From Candidatus Poribacteria bacterium (GTDB taxonomy: Bacteria; Poribacteria; WGA-4E; WGA-3G): a stretch of DNA of 64,000 nucleotides. The notes under the pieces are model-generated. The model was not told the origin of the DNA. It saw only the letters and a program-made list of their open reading frames with translations, and did no database searches. The stretch is from contig OZ244048.1 of NCBI GenBank assembly GCA_965215265.1, positions 2,912,001-2,976,000 of the forward strand, written 5' to 3'. A program made the position numbers and the translations under genes. Positions 28,385 through 38,390 of this stretch are shown here, one piece after another (positions within the stretch are counted from its first letter, which is position 1; every line of letters starts with the position of its first letter).

Positions 28385-30199
28385 TTATTGGTACTTTTCA
28401 GATTGCAGTCGATACAATGTTGCATATCTGCCCCCTTTGTTCATCAGTTGCTCGTGGGTGCCTTCCTCGAGAATCTTCCCGTTGTCTAGGACGAGAATCC
28501 TGTCTGCCATGCGCACGGTAGAGAAGCGATGGGAGATTAACAACGTTGTCACGCCCTGCGTAAGCCTTTTGAACCGCTGAAAGAGAGCAGATTCGGATTC
28601 TGCGTCGAGTGCCGCGGTCGGCTCATCAAGGATTAAGATGTCTGCGTCTCTCATAAAGGCACGCGAGACAGCAATTTTCTGCCACTCTCCGCCAGATAAA
28701 TCGGTGCCACCGTCAAAATGCCGTCCGAGTAAGGTCTGGTATCCGTCAGACAGCTGTGAAATGAAAGCGTCTGCTTGCCCCTGCTCTGCCGCCTGAATGA
28801 CTGCGGCTTCGTTGTCCATCTGCGTCGTGTCCCCGATACCGATGTTTTCTCCCGCAGTGATGAAAAAGCGAGAAAAATCCTGGAAGACTGGCGCGATTTT
28901 TCCCCGTAAACTCTCAAGGTGATACTGATGTAGCGGGATGTCGTCGATGAATATCTGCCCTGCTGTTGGTTCATAGAAACGGCAGAGGAGTTTAACAAGG
29001 GTTGTTTTGCCCGCACCGTTTTCGCCAACAATTGCGAGCGTTTCGCCCGTCTTTATTGAGAAAGAGATGTTGTTGAAAACGGCTATCTCACGCCCTGGAT
29101 AACAGAAAGACACATTCCTAAACGCAATGGCTCGGTTAAGATGAGAAAACCGTTGGGGTGAATCGGCGGTTTTAAGGACCGGTGACAACTCAAAGAAAGA
29201 CCAAAAAGAACGGAGCCCGGCTGTCGAGCCAATAAGTTGCCCGGCCATCAAGGTTAACATCCAGAACGACTGCTGCAGCGCGGCAACGATGGAAAAGTAC
29301 ATGGCCAGGTCGCCGACGGTAATCTGCCCTTGGACCGAAATCAGAACGACGTAGGTATATAGGAGTGTGAGTCCGATGCCGTGTAAGAGTGAAAAAAGCA
29401 CGGTGCGCTTCGTCTGTGAGATTTTCACGGAACGGACGCGTTTGAAAACGGTGTCAAAAACTTCCTGATACCGCTTGATAAAGTAAGCGCCCACGTTAAA
29501 AAACTTTATCTCTTTCGCGCTCCGAGTCTCAACCAGGAGCCGGTAGTAGTATGCCAATTGACGGGATTCCGGCATCTGGTCCCAGGTAACGTCGAAGGCC
29601 TGTTTGTGATGCCGATATTCTACATAGAGGTGCGGCACCGCGACAAGCAGCAGTGCCAACGGAATGAATGGGCTGAGGGTCGTCATCAAAATCAACAAGG
29701 AGAAGAGGGTTATCGCGTTGCTCAGCGTAGAGGACATAAGCCAGAGAGTGGCTTCTGGGAGTGTTGTATTTTCTTGGATGAATTGAAGTTGATTGTAAAA
29801 TTTGCTCGTGTCAAAGTATGCCAGCCCGGGGAGGTGCGATGCCTTTTTCATGACCTTTTTGTCTATGTCAGCTATAAGCAGGTCAGAGAGTGTCCCACGG
29901 ACAGCCTCTGTCGCCGGGGTCAGAATGAAGGGTAGGATTTGACAGAGGAGATAACTGGCACCAAGTAGGAGGGTTGTGTTCCCCAGTGCCCCGCCCGACT
30001 TCAGCAGCGTTACCACATCGTTGACGAGCCGATTGAGCAAACCAGCAGAAATCGCAGGAAAAGTGCTCGAAACAACAAGCAGCAACAACAGAAAAGTGGT
30101 CAGTTTCGCGGAGCACTGCCAAGCGAAAGGGAGGATTTTTACGCTCCATTTCGTCGCATCCACAAAACCGGTTTTCCAAGAAAATAACGTTTTAAACAT
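28385..30199 (-). CDS. ABC exporter (TMD+NBD), peptide/multidrug type
   Basis: GENGAGKT, DLSGGEWQK, ILDEPT; AKEIK in the TMD. Confidence 0.93.
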   Translation of the reverse strand: MFKTLFSWKTGFVDATKWSVKILPFAWQCSAKLTTFLLLLLVVSSTFPAISAGLLNRLVNDVVTLLKSGGALGNTTLLLGASYLLCQILPFILTPATEAVRGTLSDLLIADIDKKVMKKASHLPGLAYFDTSKFYNQLQFIQENTTLPEATLWLMSSTLSNAITLFSLLILMTTLSPFIPLALLLVAVPHLYVEYRHHKQAFDVTWDQMPESRQLAYYYRLLVETRSAKEIKFFNVGAYFIKRYQEVFDTVFKRVRSVKISQTKRTVLFSLLHGIGLTLLYTYVVLISVQGQITVGDLAMYFSIVAALQQSFWMLTLMAGQLIGSTAGLRSFWSFFELSPVLKTADSPQRFSHLNRAIAFRNVSFCYPGREIAVFNNISFSIKTGETLAIVGENGAGKTTLVKLLCRFYEPTAGQIFIDDIPLHQYHLESLRGKIAPVFQDFSRFFITAGENIGIGDTTQMDNEAAVIQAAEQGQADAFISQLSDGYQTLLGRHFDGGTDLSGGEWQKIAVSRAFMRDADILILDEPTAALDAESESALFQRFKRLTQGVTTLLISHRFSTVRMADRILVLDNGKILEEGTHEQLMNKGGRYATLYRLQSEKYQ

Positions 30200-32075
30200 C
30201 GTAATGCTCCGCTTGTAGGGTGTACAGTCGGGCATATAGCCCATTGTCCTTCATCAGCTCATCGTGCGTTCCTTCTTCTCTCAATTTGCCGCCATCCAGC
30301 ACAAGGATCCTGTCAGCGAGGCGGACAGTTGACAGTCGATGAGAAATCAATACGGTTGTTTTCTCTTTCGTTAACTCTTGAAAGCGCGCATAGATGTCAG
30401 CCTCGCTTCGGACATCCAAGGCAGCGGTCGGCTCATCAAGAATGAGGAGTTGGGCATCTCGGATGAGGGCACGCGCGAGTGCTATTTTTTGCCATTGCCC
30501 TCCTGAGAGGTCTGTGCCCCCTTCAAACTCACGTGAGAGTCTCGTCTTATATCCATGGGGCAGTTTGTCTATAAAATCGGCACCCGCTTTTTCCGCTGCA
30601 GCTTTGATCTGTTCTAATTCAGAAAGCCGGTCAACATTGCCCAGTCCAATATTTTCCTTGACGCTCAGTTGGTACTTGAGGAAATCCTGATCAACCACAC
30701 TCATTTGCGAGCGTAGATCGTCGAGATGGTAGTGATGGACAGGAACATTCTCGAGATGAATGTCTCCCTCACTTGGGTCATACATGCGTGTGATTAATTT
30801 CACTAAAGTCGTTTTTCCAGCGCCGTTTTTTCCAACGATGGCGAGGGTTTCTCCAGCGTGAATGTTCAAGGAGATACCGTCCAAAATTTTTCGGTCTGTG
30901 TTGGGATAAGAAAAGGAGACATTTCTGAATTCAATGCCTTTTTTAAAAGGACGGGGTGCCTTTTTGGCGAATGCTTTCGGGCTCATTTTAAGGAGTGGCT
31001 TGCTTTTCAGAAAGTCATACAGATGGGTTAAAAAGCCACCTACGCGATGCATGTAAGCAAAATTAGCAAGAGATGTGTTCAGTGTTGTCCAAACGAGAAT
31101 CGCGGCACTCCCGTAGGCAGTGAGTTCACCAACACTCAACCCGCCGCTAAGCGTCTGTTGGAAAAGATAAACATAAACACCACACAAACCCATGCCACCC
31201 AATAAAGCATACACCGTGAGGGCTCGAAACTCACCCCATCGCACTGACCAGAGCACACCGATGACCTGCCGAAACGTCTGCAAATACTTTCCTAAAAAGA
31301 AATCGTGTAGCCCAAAAATACGTACATCTTTTGCGGTGTCGCGAAAGAGAAACTGATTTCTGAAATAGTCGAGCTTCCTGGCCTCGGGTGCCTGAAATTG
31401 AATCGCTATTCCTGCGAGATTGGTGTAACTATAGTGCATCAGGGCGTAGGGGACTGCGCAAAGAAGTAGAAGGATGGGGGCCAAGGGATGAAAGAGCGAC
31501 AGGAAAAACGCCGCGGAAAGCAACTCCCAAAAATCGCGCCCTGCCTGAAAAGCATAAACGGCTAAGTCCGCACTGCTGCGTTCAATGTGTCTCACTTGTT
31601 GGAGTTGGTCGTGCCGTTTTGGATCTTCTATGTGTGCTAAGTCTGGATGCCGGTCTGCAGCTTTCATGACAAGGAGCGTGACATGCCGGCGCAGCCTATC
31701 CCCAAGAATGCTTTTTGTCACCAGGAAAATCGGCCCCGTTATCTGCAAGAACACCGTGGCAAGGGCTAAGGCAATCAAGAGTGGCACCACGGGCCCAAAA
31801 TCCTGACTTCCCGCATCAGAGAGAGAGAGGACGAGATCAATGACATCCCGACTTAAGTAGAGAATGAGCACCGGTAGCAAGCCCTGGAGGACCATCAAGA
31901 AAAAAAGGACTAATGTCTCAACTTTTCCCGCTTCCCAGATCATGCCGAAGGCACGGAAAATCGCTTTGTAGACGGGTCCCCATTCTTTTACAGGAGGATT
32001 CCACTCTTCAAGATGAATGTCTGCTTCTTTTTTCTCTTTCATGAGCATATGATTAACTTTTCGAGTGACTTTCAA
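30192..32075 (-). CDS. ABC exporter (TMD+NBD), likely heterodimer partner of the downstream gene
   Basis: GKNGAGKT, DLSGGQWQK; overlaps the next start. Confidence 0.93.
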   Translation of the reverse strand: MKVTRKVNHMLMKEKKEADIHLEEWNPPVKEWGPVYKAIFRAFGMIWEAGKVETLVLFFLMVLQGLLPVLILYLSRDVIDLVLSLSDAGSQDFGPVVPLLIALALATVFLQITGPIFLVTKSILGDRLRRHVTLLVMKAADRHPDLAHIEDPKRHDQLQQVRHIERSSADLAVYAFQAGRDFWELLSAAFFLSLFHPLAPILLLLCAVPYALMHYSYTNLAGIAIQFQAPEARKLDYFRNQFLFRDTAKDVRIFGLHDFFLGKYLQTFRQVIGVLWSVRWGEFRALTVYALLGGMGLCGVYVYLFQQTLSGGLSVGELTAYGSAAILVWTTLNTSLANFAYMHRVGGFLTHLYDFLKSKPLLKMSPKAFAKKAPRPFKKGIEFRNVSFSYPNTDRKILDGISLNIHAGETLAIVGKNGAGKTTLVKLITRMYDPSEGDIHLENVPVHHYHLDDLRSQMSVVDQDFLKYQLSVKENIGLGNVDRLSELEQIKAAAEKAGADFIDKLPHGYKTRLSREFEGGTDLSGGQWQKIALARALIRDAQLLILDEPTAALDVRSEADIYARFQELTKEKTTVLISHRLSTVRLADRILVLDGGKLREEGTHDELMKDNGLYARLYTLQAEHYDV

Positions 32076-32081
32076 CCCTTT

Positions 32082-32328
32082 CTAACTTTGACTCTCTCGG
32101 AGGCTCCGGGCGAGACGGACCCAAGGCGGGGGCACGAAGACATCGCGCACATCACTCGTTCCAGGACGGACTTGTCTACTATAAGACTTAACAGATGTGA
32201 ATGAGGGGGGGGGTAAAATCAGTCAAAAACACTCGCATATATCCCAACAACAGCAGCAATACACGCACAGCACAGGTGACACCGGATACGCACGGTTTTC
32301 GGAGACGCTTTATCCAGCGAGACTTCAT
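32082..32328 (-). CDS. Possible small membrane protein interrupted by a C9 tract
   Basis: AAAGGGGG RBS-like + ATG32328 MKSRWIKRLRK...VLLLLLG; with C8 it continues ...DVFVPPPW...ESQS*. Confidence 0.4.
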
Positions 32329-32547
32329 TTTCAATCCCCCTTTGGATGAGAACTAACGCTAGTCGTTCTAGTCGTTTGACTAGAAACGGACACCAAGTTT
32401 ATATCAAATATTATAATTATACCCAAATTCGCAAAAAATGTCAACCTCTTTTTCACAATCCCAAATAAGCTGTGCCATTTTTTCTTTCAGGTCAGTAAAC
32501 ACGGTTTTCTGAGGCTGGATATCTAAAATATTATACCCGAATTCGCA

Positions 32548-32623
32548 TTTTTGTATATTTCAGCCCCATCAAGGGTTATGTATTGTTAAATCCGATGTAC
32601 ATCTCGTCGGAGCCCTTCGTTGT
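32548..32623. repeat. Left half of the palindromic dispersed repeat
   Basis: tttttgtatatttcagccccatcaaggg...atctcgtcggagcccttcg. Confidence 0.8.
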
Positions 32624-32693
32624 GCCGGTGAAAAGCGGTGAAGACTTAACTCAAATTATACCACTTTTGGTAGTAAAGATGCCACCCTTTTTT
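32624..32693. repeat. ~70-bp direct repeat (copy at 34043-34112) containing the Rpn upstream region
   Basis: Two mismatches; carries TGGTATAAT (extended -10) on the - strand. Confidence 0.92.
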
Positions 32694-32719
32694 CTTCGGG
32701 CGATTTCGTTTTCGCTTCT

Positions 32720-32884
32720 GACACCGGAGAATCGCTTAAGCGGCTCACTGCGCATAAGTATAATGTCTATACCGTTGTGTTCAGCCCCGATGGTCGCACA
32801 CTCGCTACTGGGAGTTCGGACAACACCATTCGACTCTGGGATGTCAACACAGGTAAACCCCTCAAAACTCTCATGTCTCTCTAA
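32720..32884 (+). pseudogene. Single WD40 repeat remnant
   Basis: LTAHKYNVYTVVFSPDGRTLATGSSDNTIRLWDVNTGKPLKTL, like the repeats of 34259-35473. Confidence 0.85.
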
Positions 32885-33162
32885 GTGTGCAAGGCTTGTA
32901 GGAACGCTTCAAAACAGGGTGTCTCAACGGCGATGAGATGCAGCTGCTTGAGCCGCGCCAGGTCTGGTATCGCTTCAAGCCGCGGTTGAGTCGTCTGCAC
33001 GTCGCTCTGCGGGAACCGTGCGGTGAGCACCGCGATGACGTTTTCTATCGCATTCCGGCGTGCACCTTGTTCAATGCCTTGTTCAATGCCTTGTTCAATG
33101 CCTTGTTCAATGCCTTGTTTGAGTCCTTGTTGCACGAGGACTTCTGCCATGGTTTCTGCCAT
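32881..33162 (-). CDS. Probable internal RpnS-like antitoxin, 93 aa
   Basis: GGAGGT 7 nt upstream of in-frame ATG (MAETMAEVL...). Confidence 0.6.
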   Translation of the reverse strand: MAETMAEVLVQQGLKQGIEQGIEQGIEQGIEQGARRNAIENVIAVLTARFPQSDVQTTQPRLEAIPDLARLKQLHLIAVETPCFEAFLQALHT

Positions 33163-34002
33163 CTGTTTTACCTCCATCTTATCTTCTGCGAGTTGTTCCA
33201 CTAATGCTACTAAGCCACTTTGTTCTGATAGCGGCCGACGATGCAAGATGAGCAGCAAGAAATAGACTATCGCCTCACGCCGCTGTTCGGCACCAACCGT
33301 ATCAAACTCATCAAGGTGCGCTATCGCCGTGCGTAACGCACCCCGTATCTCCGCCTCGTCTGCTCTCTCTTTTTGCAGCACCGTCAAAAGCCACCCGAAC
33401 GGATGATGCGTTTGAGTCAGCGTGGCGACATCGGTTTGCTTCACGCTCAGAAACAGCGTCTCAAAAGTCGGAACGAACCGGGCGAGTTCAGCCGGGATGT
33501 CCATCAGTGCCTCAAGTGTCAGCGGGGTTTTCCATTGCTGCTCGCCGGTATAAAACACTATCGGCAGTATCGGGGGCAACCGCCGCGCCGGTTTGGGCAT
33601 CTTGTCGTGTTCCCATTGCCTGCGATGTGCGTCCCAAATCAGCATCATATAAAACAGCACCCGAAACCCCATCGTCGCATCCACCGTCGATTGATGTTCC
33701 ACGAGCAGATAGATGAGCAGCGCCTCCGTGGCTGTCTCGGTTCTAAAGGGGACGCGGAACACGCTATCCGCCTCTTGCTCCCGCAGCACTTCCGGCAGCA
33801 GGCTTCTCGGGAGTGGAACAAGTTGGCTAAAATCTATGCGTTCTGCGATGTCAGCGGCGACGATTTCTAGCACGCCTCGGACGTTTTCGCCGTTTTGTAG
33901 CAAGCGCCGCACACTTCTGTCGGCGAAGTGTTCAACGCGTCCATCAAGGAGCGCACGGATGTGCTGCATCTGCGTGTCCACGTCTTTGGTTTCTTGCGTC
34001 AT
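32881..34002 (-). CDS. Rpn/YhgA-like (Transposase_31) recombination-promoting nuclease
   Basis: AD...LLVEHQS, LPPILPIVFYTG, GIEQ x4 C-terminal repeats. Confidence 0.9.
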   Translation of the reverse strand: MTQETKDVDTQMQHIRALLDGRVEHFADRSVRRLLQNGENVRGVLEIVAADIAERIDFSQLVPLPRSLLPEVLREQEADSVFRVPFRTETATEALLIYLLVEHQSTVDATMGFRVLFYMMLIWDAHRRQWEHDKMPKPARRLPPILPIVFYTGEQQWKTPLTLEALMDIPAELARFVPTFETLFLSVKQTDVATLTQTHHPFGWLLTVLQKERADEAEIRGALRTAIAHLDEFDTVGAEQRREAIVYFLLLILHRRPLSEQSGLVALVEQLAEDKMEVKQMAETMAEVLVQQGLKQGIEQGIEQGIEQGIEQGARRNAIENVIAVLTARFPQSDVQTTQPRLEAIPDLARLKQLHLIAVETPCFEAFLQALHT

Positions 34003-34258
34003 TTCTCTCCTCTATGCCGGCGGACTGTCGTTTGGGCAGCCCGCCGGTAAAAAGCGGTGAAGACTTAACTCAAATTATACCACTTTTGGCAGTAAAGATG
34101 CCACCCTTTTTTTTAGGTTGTGTTCAGCCAAACCTCTAAAAAAAAGAGTGACTTTTTTTACAATCTGTGGTATACTTCTTTATGAGCCAAGTGGAAAACT
34201 GGAAAAAACAAGCAGCGTGCACCCATGCAGGCAAACAAAAATGACTGGAGGAAGTCAA

Positions 34259-35473
34259 ATGAAAAAGAGGTTAACGGTATTCGGTTTATTAACTCTTCTG
34301 GTAACGAGCGTTTTTCTCCCAGTTGCGTCGGGTCAGTTTCTGGCAGAGACGCAGTGGGGTTTACCCGATGGGGCGATTGCGCGCCTCGGCAGAGGCTCGG
34401 TAGGTGAGGTAGCATATTCGCCGGATGGTTCTCAGCTTGCAGTGGTAAGTAGCATCGGTATTTGGCTGTATGATGCGGAGACGGGTGAGCCGCTCGACCT
34501 ACTCACGGGGCATACGTCTTTTATCTTGAGCATAGCGTTCAGTCCAGATGGTAGCACGCTCGCTAGTGGGAGTATGCGAACCATTCGGCTCTGGGATGTG
34601 AACACGGGCGATACACTCAAAACTCTCACGGGGCATACGGCGCCTGTCTTGAGCGTAGCGTTCAGCGGAGATGGCAGAACACTCGCAACTGGGAGTAGGG
34701 ACAGAACCATTCGTCTGTGGGATGTGAACACAGGCGAGACTCTCAAAACTCTCACCGGGCATACGGATTGGGTCAGGAGCATAGCGTTCAGTCCAGATGG
34801 TAGCACCCTCGCTAGTGGGAGTTGGGACGGCGCCGTGCTGCTCTGGGACCTCCGTCCTCCTACTGCCCCTGCTGCAGCGGAGGACATCAACGCGGATGGG
34901 CTTGTCAACATTCAAGACCTCGTTTTAGTCGCCGCAGCGTTTGGGGAGACAGGCGAGAGCCGTGCAGATGTCAACGGCGATGAACTCGTCAATATCCTGG
35001 ATCTCACGCTCGTGGCGGCGGCATTCGGGAAAGCACCGGCAGCAGGACAGCAGGGCCAGGCGCTGATGCGAGCAGAAGTGCAGCAATGGCTCACTGAAGC
35101 ACGGCAGCTGAATCTCACAGACGCGGGTGTCCAGCGTGGGCTTGTGGTCCTCGAGCAGCTCCTCGCCGCACTCACACCGCAAGAGAACGCCCTTTTGCCA
35201 AACTACCCCAACCCGTTCAACCCCGAGACGTGGATGCCGTATCAATTGGAAAAACCGGCAGCCGTGTCGGTGCATATCTATTCCGCACACGGCATGCTCG
35301 TTCGGACACTGTCGCTTGGGCATCAGCAGGCGGGGTTTTACCGGACTCGGGCGCGTGCCGCGTATTGGGATGGCAGAAACGCCGTCGGGGAGCCGGTGGC
35401 GAGCGGTGTCTACTTCTACACGCTCACCGCTGGGGACTTCGCCGCTACACGCAAAATGTTGATTCGCAAGTAA
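34259..35473 (+). CDS. Secreted WD40 + dockerin-like + C-terminal NYPNPFNP (FlgD-Ig/sorting-type) protein
   Basis: RBS GGAGG, signal peptide, ~4 WD40 repeats, DINADGLVNIQDL x2, LLPNYPNPFNPETW...RKMLIRK. Confidence 0.92.
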   Translation: MKKRLTVFGLLTLLVTSVFLPVASGQFLAETQWGLPDGAIARLGRGSVGEVAYSPDGSQLAVVSSIGIWLYDAETGEPLDLLTGHTSFILSIAFSPDGSTLASGSMRTIRLWDVNTGDTLKTLTGHTAPVLSVAFSGDGRTLATGSRDRTIRLWDVNTGETLKTLTGHTDWVRSIAFSPDGSTLASGSWDGAVLLWDLRPPTAPAAAEDINADGLVNIQDLVLVAAAFGETGESRADVNGDELVNILDLTLVAAAFGKAPAAGQQGQALMRAEVQQWLTEARQLNLTDAGVQRGLVVLEQLLAALTPQENALLPNYPNPFNPETWMPYQLEKPAAVSVHIYSAHGMLVRTLSLGHQQAGFYRTRARAAYWDGRNAVGEPVASGVYFYTLTAGDFAATRKMLIRK

Positions 35474-35559
35474 CTTTTCCTTGAACGGGTCTGGTGGGAA
35501 CTTGGCACGTGCCCATTTCGCCAGAGCCGTTTTGGCCATTAATTGACTCAAAATCTTAT

Positions 35560-35700
35560 AGACAAATCCAGAAAATTTGGCAGGTGATCATCAGCAGAAA
35601 CCAAAATTTTATCTGCTCGGAATGCTACCCTATACCTCGGGTAGCGGGCTCCACATGGGACATGCAAAAAACTATGTGCCGACAGATGTGCTTGCCAAGA
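35560..35700 (+). pseudogene. leuS: Leucyl-tRNA synthetase N-terminal fragment
   Basis: [33 protein letters not shown] (HIGH-motif region); no continuation. Confidence 0.75.
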
Positions 35701-36146
35701 ATATAGACATCCTGCAAGCATTGCAACTCGACTTTGACTTAATTTCCGTTCTCCTTTGCGACTTCAGCGAGTTTAATAAATCCATCTTTCTCTGTCCAAT
35801 GTTGAGCGTAAGAATATTTTACCACAATCTGGTGTTTTGCGACTATCGCTTTTTGGTGCTCTCCCCTGGCGGTATGAACGTTTGCGACTACCAACCAACA
35901 TCGGGCAACCTTGTTCAGGTGCGAATAGCTTCCTCATTGTGCGGGGGGACTGAAGAAATTCGTATATCCCCGTATAAGAAATCTCCCTGCTCGCAGGGAT
36001 AATTCTTAACCGTCAACGTCTATGATTTTGGAAGTGCGTGTGTAAATTTCGTCAGAGACTTCTTAGGTATAGTATAACCTAATGTTTTCTAATCGTATGG
36101 AATTTTGTTGCCCTACTCGTTTTGGGCGATGCTAAGGGCTTTTACA

Positions 36147-37079
36147 TCAATTCGGTGTGTTGAAGATGGCGCGGTTGACTCGCATGATTATTTTTCTCCA
36201 GGGTTGTTTCGGCTGTTGATTTTTATCGGTTTCCGACATCTCCAGGGTTGTGGTTTGTGGAAACCAGATCTCGGGTTCAAACTGTTCAAGTTGGTATGTA
36301 TACCGGGTTAATGACCTTCGTTCTTCCGTGTGCCTTTCTTGATGAAGACCGCGTGTCATTAAGATGCTCTGCATTTCTTTCCGATATACCAATATGCGCG
36401 TCGGAAGAAAACTCTTGCATGGATCTCGGTACATTTCAATAGTCCGGGTATTGTCTGAATCGGTGCGGCACAATGTGAGGGCATAGACGGTTTGCTCTTT
36501 TTCGTTGATCTTTTCAACTGTAATGGGTGTAAAGATACGAAAATTCGTGTAGAGGTTTATCCAGTGCATCGGATTGAAAAGGTCATCTAATCGATGCGAA
36601 GGCATTGTCGGTTGCTCTTTCCACTCGGTGCCGATTTTCTCCCAGACATGCACTGTTTTCCCTGTTCTCAGATAGTGGTGATGGGTTTCTTTCCAGTTTG
36701 AAAGCGGAGGCCCGTAGAGTTCCATCTTATAACGGGCTTTCACGTCGTAAAATTGGTGTTCTGCGTCAAATTGATAGGTAATCTCCCACCGCCCTTTTTC
36801 TTCATAAGTGTCTTTACGTCGGGCTGCAGTCGGTATCCGCCTGGGTCCACTGAGGATGAGCGTGAAGTCAATCACGCCGCTTTTGAGTTTTGCCTTGTAA
36901 ATTTGAATACCCACTTTTACCGCTTCGAGCAATTGCGTTGCTTCTGCGGAGAGTTCAACGTTTTCAGGTGTTTTCGGTGTCTGTGGCACTGCAGGTGTGT
37001 CAAACAATAAAGACAGACAGAAGCAGGAAACGGAAAAGAAAAGTGAGAAACGACATTCCAAAATCTGTGTAATCCGCAT
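36147..37079 (-). CDS. Secreted protein, predicted LolA/LolB-like beta fold
   Basis: Signal peptide; LKSGVIDF at the N-terminus and EPEIWFP...IMRVNRAIFN at the C-terminus parallel the neighbouring gene. Confidence 0.65.
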   Translation of the reverse strand: MRITQILECRFSLFFSVSCFCLSLLFDTPAVPQTPKTPENVELSAEATQLLEAVKVGIQIYKAKLKSGVIDFTLILSGPRRIPTAARRKDTYEEKGRWEITYQFDAEHQFYDVKARYKMELYGPPLSNWKETHHHYLRTGKTVHVWEKIGTEWKEQPTMPSHRLDDLFNPMHWINLYTNFRIFTPITVEKINEKEQTVYALTLCRTDSDNTRTIEMYRDPCKSFLPTRILVYRKEMQSILMTRGLHQERHTEERRSLTRYTYQLEQFEPEIWFPQTTTLEMSETDKNQQPKQPWRKIIMRVNRAIFNTPN

Positions 37080-37090
37080 CGGATGTCCTC

Positions 37091-38251
37091 CTACTCAACT
37101 TTAAAGGATTCATGGGTTCGCGTGTCAAAAATAGTAGCCCCGGAGGGTGGTTCTAGGGCAAAACGGCGAGCCGAAATCGGTTCGTTAATCCGCACGTTTG
37201 TAAGGTGCATCGTAGTTGTCTCCAGAGAGGTTTCAGCACCGGTTTCAAGATTCACAAGCGATGTCACGGATTGGGCGGATTGTGGGAACCAGAGGTCAGG
37301 GGCGACTTCCACGAAATCAAAGTCTTTTATCACTTGGTGCCGCTGTTCGGGGCCTTCAGTAGAAAACATAAAGCGTTCAGGACGGTAACTTTTCTGTGGG
37401 TTAAGCCAGAGTTCAACTTCTACGGCTTCTTGCACAGTCCCTTTGATGTGATAAACGGAGGCGTTGTCCCAATTGACAGACTGTATCTGTTCGACATTGA
37501 TAGCATCGATAAGTTCTGCAAAGGGACTACCATCGCTGAGGTTCCATCCCCAGAAACGTGGGTCGTATGCTGTGTTATACCTGATGTCGCTGCCGCGTGT
37601 TAAGACTGTGCCGTTCGGCGTTTCGCGAAGTTCTTCAAAAGTCTCGCCATCATAAGCGAAGTGTTTTGTGTCAAAAACGTGTAGACTTCCGTGCTGCTCA
37701 TTATACTCAGTCGCGTTTTGTGTCACGCTGCCGGTGACTCGGTTTCCAGAAAACGCAAAGGTTCCTTCCCAAGTGCCCTTGGGGGCCTGTAACATGCTGT
37801 CTTCTAGAATAGGGTGACTTGATATCTCCATGAAAAAGTCTACGCTCCCGCTTTCGACGAGGCTATCGTAATAGGAGACACCTTCGCGGACGAGTTGAAA
37901 CATTTCGCCTTGCGTGAGTTCAGTGGAACTGTCTGCGGTTTCATCCTCGGTGAGAATACTGTTTCCCGAGAGGTTTTGTTCTTCCAATGTTGAGAGGAAG
38001 TCGATTGCTTCTGTCACAACGGCAAAATCTGGTGTCGTGTTCTCTATTTGTGTTGTTTCTTCAGCTGTAGTGGCGAGTTCCGTCACGGCTGGCACATCAG
38101 ATAAATGGGCAGATGCAGTCGTTTTTATCACTGTAACAGTTGAGTGAACATCCCGATAAGTTGTATACCAATAGATGATTAAGGCACTCATAAGAACAAT
38201 TGCAATGATTGCTAGTGCCCATGCTTTGGTGTGTCGCGTTTTTTCTCTCAT
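37091..38251 (-). CDS. Membrane-anchored protein, predicted LolA-like C-domain
   Basis: N-terminal TM, acidic linker, AYDG...DPRFWG...LWLNPQKSYRP...APDLWFP...VRINEPI. Confidence 0.7.
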   Translation of the reverse strand: MREKTRHTKAWALAIIAIVLMSALIIYWYTTYRDVHSTVTVIKTTASAHLSDVPAVTELATTAEETTQIENTTPDFAVVTEAIDFLSTLEEQNLSGNSILTEDETADSSTELTQGEMFQLVREGVSYYDSLVESGSVDFFMEISSHPILEDSMLQAPKGTWEGTFAFSGNRVTGSVTQNATEYNEQHGSLHVFDTKHFAYDGETFEELRETPNGTVLTRGSDIRYNTAYDPRFWGWNLSDGSPFAELIDAINVEQIQSVNWDNASVYHIKGTVQEAVEVELWLNPQKSYRPERFMFSTEGPEQRHQVIKDFDFVEVAPDLWFPQSAQSVTSLVNLETGAETSLETTTMHLTNVRINEPISARRFALEPPSGATIFDTRTHESFKVE

Positions 38252-38390
38252 GGTGAGGTGATCCTTTTGTTTGGGGTGACGCGTATTAAAACGCGTCACC
38301 GTTGGTTTTTCCGGGCGTTCCGGAAAGAATCATGAGGCAACCTGCCCCTCGTCGTTTATGAGTATAGCGAGGCCGTTGTCTTCATGACGA

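Noticed and set aside
34432-35551. Long antisense ORFs in the ORF track (here and over other CDSs)
   Set aside because: Shadow frames of well-supported genes, with no RBS or motifs.
35700-36020. Possible degraded gene on the - strand
   Set aside because: Multiple stops and no family I can assign with confidence.
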